Origin: an uncultured delta proteobacterium
GTDB lineage: Bacteria; Desulfobacterota; RBG-13-43-22
Reading direction: 5' to 3'
DNA: 64,000 nucleotides
NCBI GenBank assembly: GCA_963790475.1
Contig: CAWBOS010000006.1
Location: forward strand, 64,001-128,000
Positions 1-13,094 of this stretch are shown here, one piece after another (the stretch's first letter is position 1; each line of letters begins with the position of its first letter). The notes below the pieces were generated by a model that made no database searches, was not told where the DNA came from, and was given only the letters and a program-made list of their open reading frames with translations. Position numbers and translations under genes: made by a program.

Positions 1-150
1 GGCTTGCTGATCGGTCTTTCCAAAGACCGCCAGGTGGATGAGTTGTTCTATGGCTTCTTCCCGGAGCTTTTTTTTATCTTGAATCGATACCCGGCCCTGG
101 GGATCAATCTGGACACAATCGTTTAGAAATGCCAGAGCGGCGCTATTCAT
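1..150 (-). CDS. 5' end of a gene running off the window edge; possibly deltaproteobacterial class II fructose-bisphosphate aldolase family (partial)
   Basis: ATG at 150 preceded by AGGAGG; open frame MNSAALAFLNDCVQIDPQGRVSIQDKKKLREEAIEQLIHLAVFGKTDQQA; family call from recalled N-terminal similarity only. Confidence 0.45.
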   Translation of the reverse strand, partial: MNSAALAFLNDCVQIDPQGRVSIQDKKKLREEAIEQLIHLAVFGKTDQQA

Positions 151-763
151 GGGGTCCCTCCTGAAGGCAGTGGTTATGGAAAAATGGTTGATCCTGGGTT
201 TTTAATGATATCTTCGAAAATCCTTTTTTATAAGAAGTAGATCTATCCTAAGTTTTATAGAATTATTATACAACGCTTTCAAGAAAAAAAACATTTAAAT
301 TGCCTCGGGGCTTTTCTACTCCGATCCTTCCTGTTCATTTCTTCAAAGAACGTCCCTTACAACCCAGAGACCATCTGTTCCAGGTTTTCTCCTTGACCCG
401 GTCTTTTTCCAGTCATATACTCATTCTGCTCAAGAAGAAGTCCCTATCCAATTAATTACGATTCATGCCAGGCCGGTTAAACAACAACAAAAGCCCATTG
501 CCGGAAGCGACCGCGGTTATGGTCCTTCGGTCAGGTAGCCGAGGATGGAGATATTGATCTGTCCCTGGTGGAAGAAGGTCTTAGTCTGACACCTTCGGGA
601 AAAAAAGCCGGCCGACGACGACGCCTTGATTTTTGTTGAGTCATTGCGCGCTACTATGAAAAGAAAACATGTTTAATCTTGAACCTCACCAAATTTAAGT
701 CCTTCCACCCTCCCATCCTTCCTTGAAGGGGAGGGGGAACTTTTGAAAAAGGAGAAATCAATT

Positions 764-1972
764 ATGAAAAGTCCAAACGATATTGTCATTGTTTCCGCTG
801 CCCGCACCCCCATTGGAAAATTCGGAGAGGCCTTTAAAACCATCCGGGCCCACCGGTTGGCCGCCACCGTGATCACCGAGGTCCTTAAGCGGGCCAATAT
901 CACCGGAGACCAGTTGGATGATGTCATCCTGGGAGACTGCTGCCAGTGTGCGGATGAGGCCAATACGGCCCGTACCGCGGCCCTGAAAGCCGGCATCCCT
1001 TTCGAGGTGCCGGCCGTTACCGTTCAACGTCAGTGTTCCTCGGCCATGCAGGCTTTGGCCTTCGGAGTCCAGCAAATCAAGGCCGGGGATTCCCGAATGG
1101 TCCTGGCCGGCGGGGTGGAATCTATGAGTTCGGCCCCCTATCTGTTGATGACCGCCCGCTGGGGTCAGCGCTTAAACCACGGCCAGATGACCGATTCTTT
1201 ATGGGAGATGCTCCATTCCGGCAGCAACCTTCTGGAAAAAAACGGGTACATCATGGGGCAGACGGCCGAGAATCTGGCGGAAAAATACAACATCTCTCGG
1301 GAAGAACAGGATATTGTTTCCCTGCGCAGTCACAACAATGCCGAAGCGGCCATCAAGTCCGGCAAATTTAAAGATGAAATCATTCCGGTGCCCATTCCGC
1401 AAAAAAAAGGGGATCCTATCCTGGTAGACACCGATGAACATGTGCGCTATGGGTTGACCATGGGAGATCTTTCCCGATTGTCTCCGACCTTTAAAAAAGA
1501 CGGGACCGTTACCGCCGGTAATTCCTCCGGGCTTAACGATGGGGCTGCGGCGGTGATCATCACCTCTCGGGCTCACGCCCAGGCATCGGGACTCAAACCT
1601 ATGGCCCGGATTGTTGCCCAGGCCGTGGCCGGTGTCGATCCCAAGTTGATGGGCTATGGTCCGGTGCCGGCCACGGAAAAGTGCTTGGCCAAAGCCGGAA
1701 TGACGTTAAAGGATATTCAGCTTATTGAATTGAACGAAGCCTTTGCCGCTCAGTATCTGGCTTGTGAAAAAGGCTTAGGGTTAAATCGGGAGATCACCAA
1801 TGTCAACGGCAGCGGGATCGGTTTGGGACATCCGGTCGGGGCCACCGGTGTGCGGATCATCATCACCCTGATGTATGAAATGATCCGTCGAAACCTGACC
1901 ATCGGACTGGCAACTCTGTGTGTGGGCGGCGGGATGGGTATGACCACGATTATTGAGACTGAAAAGAATTGA
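764..1972 (+). CDS. Thiolase (acetyl-CoA C-acyltransferase)
   Basis: RTPIG, QRQCSS (catalytic Cys), [17 protein letters not shown] motifs; AAGGAG upstream of ATG 764. Confidence 0.95.
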   Translation: MKSPNDIVIVSAARTPIGKFGEAFKTIRAHRLAATVITEVLKRANITGDQLDDVILGDCCQCADEANTARTAALKAGIPFEVPAVTVQRQCSSAMQALAFGVQQIKAGDSRMVLAGGVESMSSAPYLLMTARWGQRLNHGQMTDSLWEMLHSGSNLLEKNGYIMGQTAENLAEKYNISREEQDIVSLRSHNNAEAAIKSGKFKDEIIPVPIPQKKGDPILVDTDEHVRYGLTMGDLSRLSPTFKKDGTVTAGNSSGLNDGAAAVIITSRAHAQASGLKPMARIVAQAVAGVDPKLMGYGPVPATEKCLAKAGMTLKDIQLIELNEAFAAQYLACEKGLGLNREITNVNGSGIGLGHPVGATGVRIIITLMYEMIRRNLTIGLATLCVGGGMGMTTIIETEKN

Positions 1973-2110
1973 ACATTTTTCAGAGCTCTCCATTTTTCAG
2001 GCAGATTACTTACAGGAGATATTGCCTTTCCTTAGGGTACGGCCAATAGGAAAAAATCCCCCTCGGCAGCAGCCGGAACCGATATCTCCGGTAACTCTTT
2101 GGGGGTCATA

Positions 2111-2152
2111 AAATAATAAGGGCGGGTAAAAACACCCGCCCTTACTATTTTT
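2111..2152. terminator. Likely bidirectional intrinsic terminator
   Basis: TAAGGGCGGGT-AAAAAC-ACCCGCCCTTA perfect 11-bp stem with A/T-rich flanks, between convergent genes. Confidence 0.8.
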
Positions 2153-2207
2153 AATCTGTCGCTAATATCTATCCGTCTTTCGCGAATCGCTGGAAAGAAA
2201 TAGAAGG

Positions 2208-3119
2208 TTATTGAAGTCCGGATGGTTCCTGGGGTTCTTTCATTCCTTTGAATTGTTTAAATTCATCCACCTGAGGATCATTAATAATGAACAGGCGTTT
2301 GGCTACCACAAAATTTCGGTTATAATAATCGGAGCCTTTCAGGTTGGAGATAACCACACCTTTTTTACTCGCCGAATGAATCATTCTCCCTTCGCCAATA
2401 TACATCCCGGTATGCCCGATTTGGGCCCCGCGATTACGCTTGAAAAATAATAGGTCCCCGATTTTCAACCGGCTCAAGTCCCATTCGGTGGTCACCAGAG
2501 ACCCCAACTTAGACTGTTCCCGGCTGGAGTGCGGCAGGGAAAGGGTAAGGGTCTGATAGATTTTTTTCATAAACCCGGAGCAATCAATCCCGTCATTGCC
2601 ATTCCCATTCCCACCCAGACGGTAGGATTTTCCAATCAGTTGTTCGGAGATCTTGACCAGCAGATTGGGAAAAGCCATTAAGGAATCATTGCTGGTTGCT
2701 TCGGATTTATTCTCTCCATCAAAAACCGGTTTTTTAATCAAGCTTAATGATTCGTTTCCCCGGTCACTATTTGATGATGAATCCATGGGCTCCAAGAGAA
2801 ATTTTCCGTTCTCCAGCGGTGTAATCTTGATTAAGGGGGGGGCATCCTGGGGTGTGTTAACGGGATTCTCATGCGCCACTTGCCTGGAATATCTTTTCCG
2901 GGCAAATTTTTTGCTTCTTTTTCTTTGGGCCGTTAAGGATTGCCTGGAATTTTTATGAGCCCTGATTTTGGTAGAGGCCGATTTTTTCTGGGTAACTTCT
3001 TTGGAAACAACAGGGTTTTTCTTTTTGACCAGATTCTTGGAAGATGCACCAAACACATGCCATGGAAACAACACCAGCAGTGCTATGGTAATAAAGAGTG
3101 CTCCTCTTTTTATTATCAT
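2208..3119 (-). CDS. NlpC/P60 (C40) cell-wall peptidase with signal peptide and basic N-terminal linker
   Basis: Hydrophobic signal; YRLGG..GIDCSG, GDLLFF, HTGMYIG, MIHSAS motifs. Confidence 0.9.
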   Translation of the reverse strand: MIIKRGALFITIALLVLFPWHVFGASSKNLVKKKNPVVSKEVTQKKSASTKIRAHKNSRQSLTAQRKRSKKFARKRYSRQVAHENPVNTPQDAPPLIKITPLENGKFLLEPMDSSSNSDRGNESLSLIKKPVFDGENKSEATSNDSLMAFPNLLVKISEQLIGKSYRLGGNGNGNDGIDCSGFMKKIYQTLTLSLPHSSREQSKLGSLVTTEWDLSRLKIGDLLFFKRNRGAQIGHTGMYIGEGRMIHSASKKGVVISNLKGSDYYNRNFVVAKRLFIINDPQVDEFKQFKGMKEPQEPSGLQ

Positions 3120-3325
3120 AGTCCGGTTTCCTTTATTTGAATGGTTGTGGTTGTGTCAATCGAATAAACCAGATTGATCTCGCTTATACTTCAAAAATTT
3201 TTCTTTGTCAACCTTTTTAACCACGGATTTTTTATGATTAAGACCCCAAGTCCCAGAAACCCGTATATCGTACTATATATTGCGGCCATGCCGAAGCATC
3301 ACCCAAGATCAAGGGGAATAATTTT

Positions 3326-5773
3326 TTATTCCGGATCCCCATTCTCCTCTTCCCGGGCGGCCGACCGGGCCACGCTGACCACCTTCTCCTGATCTTCCAG
3401 GTTGATCAATCGCACGCCTTGGGTATTTCTCCCGATCACTGAAATATCTTTGACCCGCAGACGAATAATTTTACCCCGATCGGTGATAATCATAAAATCG
3501 TCTTCATCGGTAACCTGCAATACTCCCACCACCGGCCCGTTTCTATCGGTGGTCTTAATGGTGATGATCCCCTTACCGGCCCGGCCCTGTTCCCGGTACT
3601 CTTCCGTCCGGGTCCGCTTGCCGAATCCATTTTCCGTAACGGTCATGATCGTCCCTTCTCGGGACAGGACTTCCACGCCCACGACCCAGTCGGCCGGGCT
3701 CAAACGGATACCTTTCACTCCCTGGGCCATTCTTCCCATCTCCCGGATATCTTTTTCTTTGAAGCGAATGGACAAGCCGTCCCGGGTTCCCAGAAAAATA
3801 TCCCGATCCCCACTGGTCACATCGGCGGCTATCAATTCATCCCCTTCCTGAATGTGGGTGGCAATAATACCGCCGGATCGGGGCCGGCTGAAGGACATCA
3901 AATCTGTCTTCTTGATCATCCCCTTGCGGGTCACCATGATCACCGATTTACCCTCTTCAAAGGAAGGTACGGTCAGGGTAGTGGCCACTTTTTCTTTGGG
4001 CTGAAGATTCAAAACATTGACCATGGCCTTGCCCCGGGCCAGTCGACCGGCCTGGGGAATCTCGTGGACCTTCAGCCAGTAGAGCCGCCCCAGATTGGTA
4101 AAGAACAAAAAGTAATCATGAGTGGAGGCTATAAAAAGATGTTCGACAAAATCATCTTCCTTGGTCTCCATACCGGTGATGCCCCGTCCTCCCCTTTTCT
4201 GACTGCGGTAGAGACTGACGGGGTTCCTTTTGATATAGCCGCTGTGGGAAATGGTCACCACCATATCCTCTTCCACAATCAGGTCTTCCAACTGGATCTC
4301 GGCGGTATCTTCAATAATCTCCGTGCGCCGATCATCCCCGTAGCGGTTTTTTATGTCGATCAATTCCTCCCGGATTAAATTCAGGATCAGGGCTTCGCTG
4401 GACAGTATTTGCTTCAGCCTTTCAATGGTCTTGATGATTTCCAGGTAATCCTGCTGAATCTTTTCCCGCTCCAGGTTGGTCAAGCGCTGCAGACGCATCT
4501 CTAAGATAGCCTGGGCCTGGGTTGCCGAAAAGGAAAAAGTACTGATGAGCTGAGACTTGGCCTCGGCCGGATTTTTAGCCTTGCGGATCAAGGCGATGAC
4601 CTCATCCAAGTGATCCAGGGCGATCTTCAACCCCTCCAGGATATGGGCCTTTCTTTCGGCTTCTTTTAATTCAAAGGCCGTTCTCTTACGAATGACTTCT
4701 TTTCGGAAATCGAGGAAAAGGACCAGCATGGTTTTTAAATCCATGATCCTGGGCCGGTTATTGACGATGGCCAGGAAGATGATCCCGAAAGTCACTTCCA
4801 TGGGAGTAAATTTATAAAGCTGATTTAGAATGACCTCGACGATTTCATCCTTTTTCAATTCTATGACGATCCTCATCCCCTCCCGGTCGGATTCATCACG
4901 GATATCCTGGATGCCCTCTATCTTTTTTTCTTTAACCAACTCGGCGATCTTTTCAATCAACTTGGCCTTATTGACCTGATAGGGTAACTCAGCAATAATG
5001 ATGCTTTCCCGGCTTTGCTGTTTTCTTTTCTCGATTAAAGCGCGGGCCCTCAGTTTGATAATTCCCCTCCCGGTTCGATAGGCCTGTTGAATACCATTCG
5101 TTCCATAAATAAACCCTGCTGTTGGAAAATCGGGCCCGGGGATCAGGCCGATCAATTTTTCGATGGGGAGGTCGGGATTATCAATTAGGGCCAAGAGTCC
5201 ATCGACGATTTCCCTTAAATTGTGGGGAGGGATATTGGTAGCCATACCCACGGCAATGCCCGATGAGCCATTTACCAGTAAATTGGGAATCCTGGTGGGT
5301 AAAATCGCCGGTTCGTCTAAGGAGCCGTCGTAATTAGGAATAAAATCGACCGTCTCTTTATCCAGGTCATCCAGGAATTCGTGGGCCAGCCGGGTCATGC
5401 GAATTTCGGTATAACGCATGGCCGCCGGCGAATCACCGTCCACGGAACCGAAGTTTCCCTGTCCGTCGACCAGGGGATAACGAAGGGAGAAATCTTGGGC
5501 CATCCTGACAATGGTGTCATAAATGGCTGCATCCCCGTGGGGATGATACTTACCCATCACATCTCCGACAATACGGGCTGATTTCTTATAGGGCTTGTTA
5601 TATTCATTGCCCATTTCCCTCATGCCAAAGAGGATCCGGCGATGAACCGGTTTTAATCCATCCCGGATATCGGGCAGGGCCCGTCCAATGATGACACTCA
5701 TGGCATAATCCATATAAGAGCGTTTGATCTCGTCTTCGATATTGGTTGGAAGTTCCTGAGAATCTAAGGTCAT
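3326..5773 (-). CDS. gyrA: DNA gyrase subunit A
   Basis: [13 protein letters not shown] catalytic Tyr, GyrA box QKRGGRG. Confidence 0.99.
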   Translation of the reverse strand: MTLDSQELPTNIEDEIKRSYMDYAMSVIIGRALPDIRDGLKPVHRRILFGMREMGNEYNKPYKKSARIVGDVMGKYHPHGDAAIYDTIVRMAQDFSLRYPLVDGQGNFGSVDGDSPAAMRYTEIRMTRLAHEFLDDLDKETVDFIPNYDGSLDEPAILPTRIPNLLVNGSSGIAVGMATNIPPHNLREIVDGLLALIDNPDLPIEKLIGLIPGPDFPTAGFIYGTNGIQQAYRTGRGIIKLRARALIEKRKQQSRESIIIAELPYQVNKAKLIEKIAELVKEKKIEGIQDIRDESDREGMRIVIELKKDEIVEVILNQLYKFTPMEVTFGIIFLAIVNNRPRIMDLKTMLVLFLDFRKEVIRKRTAFELKEAERKAHILEGLKIALDHLDEVIALIRKAKNPAEAKSQLISTFSFSATQAQAILEMRLQRLTNLEREKIQQDYLEIIKTIERLKQILSSEALILNLIREELIDIKNRYGDDRRTEIIEDTAEIQLEDLIVEEDMVVTISHSGYIKRNPVSLYRSQKRGGRGITGMETKEDDFVEHLFIASTHDYFLFFTNLGRLYWLKVHEIPQAGRLARGKAMVNVLNLQPKEKVATTLTVPSFEEGKSVIMVTRKGMIKKTDLMSFSRPRSGGIIATHIQEGDELIAADVTSGDRDIFLGTRDGLSIRFKEKDIREMGRMAQGVKGIRLSPADWVVGVEVLSREGTIMTVTENGFGKRTRTEEYREQGRAGKGIITIKTTDRNGPVVGVLQVTDEDDFMIITDRGKIIRLRVKDISVIGRNTQGVRLINLEDQEKVVSVARSAAREEENGDPE

Positions 5774-5788
5774 TAAAGGTCCTTGCTT

Positions 5789-5945
5789 AGAATCCAGAAG
5801 TCAGAATCCGGAATCCAGAAGAAAACGGTATCTCTTTTACCATTGTTACCCTTCTGAATTCTGGCTCCTTGTTCCAGGATTCCAATATTTCAAATGTATT
5901 AATTATAGTTGATTTCTATTGCCTATTGCCTAAAGCCTATTGGCT
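5789..5945. repeat. Heptamer tandem repeats (AGAATCC-type, inverted arms; CTATTGC-type) between gyrB and gyrA
   Basis: AGAATCC AGAAGTC AGAATCC GGAATCC at 5789-5816, inverted TTCTGAA TTCTGGC at 5852-5865, CTATTGC CTATTGC CTAAAGC CTATTGG at 5916-5943. Confidence 0.7.
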
Positions 5946-5949
5946 GTTT

Positions 5950-8355
<2,406 letters not shown>

Positions 8356-8433
8356 CTAGACCGTGAATAATATTAATTTCCCTTAATACGGTCTGACTAA
8401 TGTTTTTTAGTTTTTATTTATTAAGTTATTCAA

Positions 8434-8553
8434 GAGAGTCTTGGATAACTCACAAATTCCTCGATTCCGGTTAAAGCCGGCAATCAGGATAAGTTGAAAA
8501 GACTGGATTCCGGCATTCCGCCGGAAAGACGACAAAAGACTTTTTAAGAGGCT
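8434..8553. repeat. Degenerate palindromic (MITE/REP-like) element, related to 12870-13027
   Basis: ATTCCGG-TTAAAG-CCGG and CTGGATTCCGGCATTCCGCCGGAAAGAC hairpins, terminal GACTTTTTAAGAG. Confidence 0.45.
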
Positions 8554-8562
8554 AAAAGGGGA

Positions 8563-9702
8563 TTAAGGATTGTCCCCGGACTCATCCGTAAGCTTCATAG
8601 GCATGATCAGAGCCAGAAACCCCGGTTCTTTCTCTCCGCTTAATAAAGCGGGAGTAACCGATTCATTGAATTCCAGAATAACATTTTCGCTTTCCATAAC
8701 CTGAAGGGCGTCAATAAAAAACCGGGCATTGAATCCTACGACTAAATTACTCCCCTTATACTCCAGAGGTATACTTTCTTTGGCTTCACCAATCTCCGGA
8801 TTAACCGACAGGATTTCCAAATTACCTTTAGTCAGGGAAAATTTGACCCCTTTATATTTATCCGACGAGAGAACGCCCATCCTTTTCATGGTATCCATCA
8901 GATTATTTTTTGGAATAGTGACCACCTTTTCCTTTTTCTTCGGCAAGACCAAGGTATAATCAGGAAAATTGCTTTCTAATAATCTCATGATCATTAAGGT
9001 TTCCTCTTTTTTAAAAACGCCAAAGGACTCCTTAAATCCAATTTGTATCGGACCTGGTTTTTCCAAAATTTTTAATATTTCGGTTACGGCCTTTCGAGGT
9101 AACAGAACGCCTTTAGGAAAAACTCCCTCCCCTAACGGTTGAATTTCTTTATCCATAAGGGTTAACCGGCGACCATCGGTGGAAACCATTCGAAGAATAT
9201 TCTTTCCTTCTTTATCGATATATTCGAAGTAGATCCCCGATAAGTTATACCGTCCTTCATCCATTGATACAGATATAATGGTTTTTTGGATCATGTCCCC
9301 CAGCAAGGAACCGTCCAGAGTTATCATCTGTTTTAAATCGATATCCGGCAAGGGAGGGAAATCTATGGCTGGAAGACCGGAAATCGTAAACTGGGATCCT
9401 TGACAGGAGATAAAAAGCTTATTATTTTCCTTTAGTTTTATAAATATCTCTTCGTCCGGAAACTCCCGGATAATTTCAAAAAATTTTCGAGCTAAAATCG
9501 ATATACCACCGGCATTAATGATGGTTGCCGGACATTTTAACCGTATTCCCACTTGTAGATCAGTGGCTATAAGTTGAATGCCATCCCCATCGGTTTCGAT
9601 AAGGACATTGGAGAGAATGGGCATGGAACTTCTTTTTTCTATTATTCCCTGAACCATTTGTAGACCGTCGAAGAGGGATTGTTTTTGGATCGTCAATTCC
9701 AT
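8563..9702 (-). CDS. dnaN: DNA polymerase III beta sliding clamp
   Basis: 379 aa; MPILSNV, ATDL, STDGRRL, FPDY, GFNARF, LIMPM; upstream of gyrB. Confidence 0.97.
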   Translation of the reverse strand: MELTIQKQSLFDGLQMVQGIIEKRSSMPILSNVLIETDGDGIQLIATDLQVGIRLKCPATIINAGGISILARKFFEIIREFPDEEIFIKLKENNKLFISCQGSQFTISGLPAIDFPPLPDIDLKQMITLDGSLLGDMIQKTIISVSMDEGRYNLSGIYFEYIDKEGKNILRMVSTDGRRLTLMDKEIQPLGEGVFPKGVLLPRKAVTEILKILEKPGPIQIGFKESFGVFKKEETLMIMRLLESNFPDYTLVLPKKKEKVVTIPKNNLMDTMKRMGVLSSDKYKGVKFSLTKGNLEILSVNPEIGEAKESIPLEYKGSNLVVGFNARFFIDALQVMESENVILEFNESVTPALLSGEKEPGFLALIMPMKLTDESGDNP

Positions 9703-10131
9703 AACGACATTCTCCTTTTTTCTTATATTATTTTTCTTTATAAATTATTAGTAAATGTATTAAGATGACTCAATACTGGAATAAGTAGTATAAGGTATAA
9801 AAATGATTATTAAAAATTACAAAAAATTAAATTAATAACTAATTTAATAAGCCTTGAAATAAGAAACAAAAAAAGATGCCCTTTATTAAAAATAGAAAGG
9901 CTTTTGGCCTGTTTTAGACTTACTATTCAATATCACTGTTTAATTAGGAAATATTAATATAATTTACTGATTCCTCAAAGAAACTTGTCTTTATACTATA
10001 TAAGACGGTATAGAAAAAAGCAACCTAAAAAAATTATTCAAAAGCTCCTTTGGGAATAAGTTTTCCTGCTTTTCTTAAAAGAAAAACAGGGCTCTTGAGG
10101 ACGATATCTGAAAGGGGAAAAATAATAAATT
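9703..10131. promoter_or_regulatory. Very AT-rich divergent intergenic region upstream of dnaN (promoters; possible origin-related unwinding element)
   Basis: Visibly AT-rich, TAA/TAC trinucleotide runs near the dnaN start; no perfect TTATCCACA seen. Confidence 0.4.
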
Positions 10132-12099
10132 ATGGAAGACAAAAAAGTCATTTTTAATCCGGATAAAATAGAAATAACCGTGCCCCAGGGAGAAAATTTA
10201 TTAAGGGCGGCTATGAAAGCCGGGGTTCATATCAATGCTTCCTGTGCCGGTGAAGGGGTCTGCGGAAAATGCCGGGTGATTATAGACCGAGGGGATGTGG
10301 AAAGTGTAAGGACGGAAAAAATTACTCCGGAAGATTTTGCCTTGGGTGTTCGACAGGCATGTAAAACAAAAATTATCAGTGACTTAGAAATCACAATCCC
10401 CATGGAATCCCAGTTGGACCGTAAAGTGTTGGGCAGAGAAAGGCCCAGATCGGGAACCTGGCAGGTGATTTCAGAAATCAAGATCGAAGACTTGATTGTC
10501 GATGGTAAATTTCAACCCCCTTTTGAAAAAAAATACCTGGAAATTTCGCCACCTACCATATCTGACAATATAAGTGATCTTTCCCGGGTTATTCGTTCCC
10601 TAAAACAAACCCATGGCATTCATAACTTAATGGTTGATTTTTATACGATTCGAAAATTAGCTACCGTCCTTAGGGAAGGCAATTGGAAGGTAACAGTAAC
10701 GATTGGAAATCCTAGAAAAAAAAGTCGAAGAACTGAACTAGTAAATATTGAACCCGGGGATACTACCCATCAAAACTATGCCGTGGCCATCGATATTGGG
10801 ACAACTACTGTCTGGGGGCAATTATTGGATTTGAATACTGGCGATATCCTGGCCCAACAGGTCGAGTATAATGCCCAGATCAGTTACGGGGAAGATGTTA
10901 TCTCCCGTATTGTCTATGCCCAGAAACCGGAAGGTCGTCAAAAAATGAAAGACCTGGTGGTTTCTACTATTAATACCATTATCAAGGAATTACTTAAAAA
11001 ACACAAGGTGTCCCCGGATGGGATAACCCATATCACCTTGGCGGGCAACACCACCATGACCCATTTGTTTCTGGGTATAGAACCCCGATACATCCGGGAA
11101 ACCCCTTATACCCCTCCTATGAATTATATCCCGCCCATTCGGGCTAAAGAGGTGGGGATTAACCTGGGGGATCATGTTCAGGCCTATTTGTTTCCCTCCA
11201 TTGCCAGCTATGTGGGGGGGGATATCATTGCCGGGGTCATGGGATCGGGGATGTCCAGGCAGGAAAAATTGACCCTGTATATTGATCTGGGCACCAATGG
11301 CGAGATTGTTATCGGAAATTCGGAATGGATGACCTGTGCCGCCTGTTCTGCCGGCCCGGCCTTTGAAGGCGGGGGGATTAAACACGGGATGAGGGCCACG
11401 GAAGGGGCCATTGAAGATTTTAATGTCAATCCCAGCACCTTTGAACCCATGCTTCTGACTATTGGAATGAAAAAACCCAAAGGGATTTGTGGTTCGGGAC
11501 TAATCAATATCGTAGCCGGGTTGCTCGAATCCTGTGTTCTGGATCAAAACGGAAAATTCAAACATGGACTGAAAACAGACCGAATAAGAGAAGGAAGCGA
11601 TGGCCTGGAATACGTTCTGGCCTGGGCCCAGGATACCCAGATCAGCCGAGATCTGGTCATTACCGAGGTGGATATTGACAATCTGATCCGGGCCAAAGGG
11701 GCCATGTACGCCGGCTATATCACATTGTTAAGTGAAGTAGGTTTGACTATGAATGACTTGGAAGAGGTTATTATCGCAGGAGGATTTGGAAATTATATCA
11801 ACATTGAAAAATCGATTACTGTCGGGCTGCTGCCTGATCTGCCTTTAAATAAATTCAAGTTCATCGGCAACGGGTCCTTGTTGGGTGCCCGCCTGATTTG
11901 TCTCTCCAATATTCTTCGAACCGAGGTAAAAAGGATATTTAATAAAATTACGAATATAGAGTTAAGTGAAAACCATAATTTTATGAATCATTACATAGCC
12001 TCCCTTTTTCTTCCTCATACCGATCAAAAACTCTTTCCCCGGGTTTTTGAAAGGATAAATTGTATGGAAAAAAAAGTGAGTGAGGCAGAGAGGAATTGA
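10132..12099 (+). CDS. ASKHA-family reductive activator of corrinoid proteins (RACo/AcsV, DUF4445) with N-terminal 2Fe-2S domain
   Basis: C-x5-C-x2-C...C ferredoxin; DIGTTTV, YGEDVISRI, DLGTNGE, AGPAFEG, AGGFG motifs. Confidence 0.92.
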   Translation: MEDKKVIFNPDKIEITVPQGENLLRAAMKAGVHINASCAGEGVCGKCRVIIDRGDVESVRTEKITPEDFALGVRQACKTKIISDLEITIPMESQLDRKVLGRERPRSGTWQVISEIKIEDLIVDGKFQPPFEKKYLEISPPTISDNISDLSRVIRSLKQTHGIHNLMVDFYTIRKLATVLREGNWKVTVTIGNPRKKSRRTELVNIEPGDTTHQNYAVAIDIGTTTVWGQLLDLNTGDILAQQVEYNAQISYGEDVISRIVYAQKPEGRQKMKDLVVSTINTIIKELLKKHKVSPDGITHITLAGNTTMTHLFLGIEPRYIRETPYTPPMNYIPPIRAKEVGINLGDHVQAYLFPSIASYVGGDIIAGVMGSGMSRQEKLTLYIDLGTNGEIVIGNSEWMTCAACSAGPAFEGGGIKHGMRATEGAIEDFNVNPSTFEPMLLTIGMKKPKGICGSGLINIVAGLLESCVLDQNGKFKHGLKTDRIREGSDGLEYVLAWAQDTQISRDLVITEVDIDNLIRAKGAMYAGYITLLSEVGLTMNDLEEVIIAGGFGNYINIEKSITVGLLPDLPLNKFKFIGNGSLLGARLICLSNILRTEVKRIFNKITNIELSENHNFMNHYIASLFLPHTDQKLFPRVFERINCMEKKVSEAERN

Positions 12100-12102
12100 A
12101 AG

Positions 12103-12855
12103 ATGAGTTACACAATTGCTTTAGCGGGAAAAGGGGGGACCGGGAAAACGACCATGGCGGGTCTTTTGATTCGCTACATGGTGGGAAAGGGTCTCAAACC
12201 GGTGTTGGCCGTCGATGCTGATGCCAATGCCAACCTGAATGAGGTCCTGGGTGTCGAGGCCCGCCAAACTATCGGAGATGCCCGGGAAGAAATGAAAAAA
12301 GGCGGCTTGCCGGGTATGACCAAAGATATTTTCATGGAAATGAGGATTCAGGAATCTTTGGTGGAGTCTGAAGGGTTTGATCTGATCATTATGGGCCGGC
12401 CGGAAGGCCAAGGCTGTTATTGTGCCGCCAACAACCTCCTGACCGAATTTATAGAAAAATTATCTCAAAATTATCCCTATATGGTGGTGGATAACGAGGC
12501 CGGCATGGAACATATCAGCCGGCTGACCACCCGGGAGATTGATGTCTTATTGATCGTTTCCGACAGCTCCCGCCGGGGCCTCCAGGCTGCTGTTCGAATT
12601 GGAGAATTGACCCGGGAATTGGGGTTGAAGATAGAAAAAAGATTAGTCATCATTAACCGGGCCGAAAAAGAAGATCTTTCTGAAATCAAGGATTGGGAAA
12701 CCTTACTGAATGACCAGGGTTTAACCCTTTTAGGGATTGTCCCCAAGGATGAACTGATTTATGAATTCGACAAAGAAGGGAAGCCCACCAGTACCCTTCC
12801 GGAAAATTCCCTGGCCCGGTCGACAGCCTTTAAGTTGTTTGATTCTTTATTTTAA
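12103..12855 (+). CDS. cooC: CooC/AcsF-family nickel-insertion ATPase
   Basis: GKGGTGKTT, DAD, GCYC, DNEAGMEH motifs. Confidence 0.88.
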   Translation: MSYTIALAGKGGTGKTTMAGLLIRYMVGKGLKPVLAVDADANANLNEVLGVEARQTIGDAREEMKKGGLPGMTKDIFMEMRIQESLVESEGFDLIIMGRPEGQGCYCAANNLLTEFIEKLSQNYPYMVVDNEAGMEHISRLTTREIDVLLIVSDSSRRGLQAAVRIGELTRELGLKIEKRLVIINRAEKEDLSEIKDWETLLNDQGLTLLGIVPKDELIYEFDKEGKPTSTLPENSLARSTAFKLFDSLF

Positions 12856-12869
12856 ATTGTTTCGCTTAT

Positions 12870-13027
12870 GATAATCTCGTAAAAAGTTGCCGAAACCCCC
12901 ATTAAGTCATTCCGGTCCCGCATCAAGTGCGGGATAGACTCCAGTCGGAATCCAGTGTTTTTAAGTAATTATAATCTCCTGGACCCCGGCTTTCGCCAGA
13001 GGGGTGACGACTTTTTACGAATCCATC
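12870..13027. repeat. MITE-like palindromic element with 11-bp terminal inverted repeats
   Basis: TCGTAAAAAGT (12877-12887) / ACTTTTTACGA (13010-13020); internal GTCATTCCGG..CGGAATCCAG..CTGGACCCCGGC..GGGGTGAC hairpins. Confidence 0.7.
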
Positions 13028-13094
13028 TTAACAGACCCTTAATAACACCAGAAAAGACCTCACAGCTAAAACAATTCAAACCTGCAATGAACGA

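Noticed and set aside
495-630. Possible decayed nucleotidyltransferase (MNT) fragment, FGQVAEDGDIDL
   Set aside because: Needs several frameshifts and has no start or partner gene; too weak to call
700-740. C-rich/G-rich hairpin upstream of the thiolase
   Set aside because: Single degenerate copy; cannot be assigned to a repeat family
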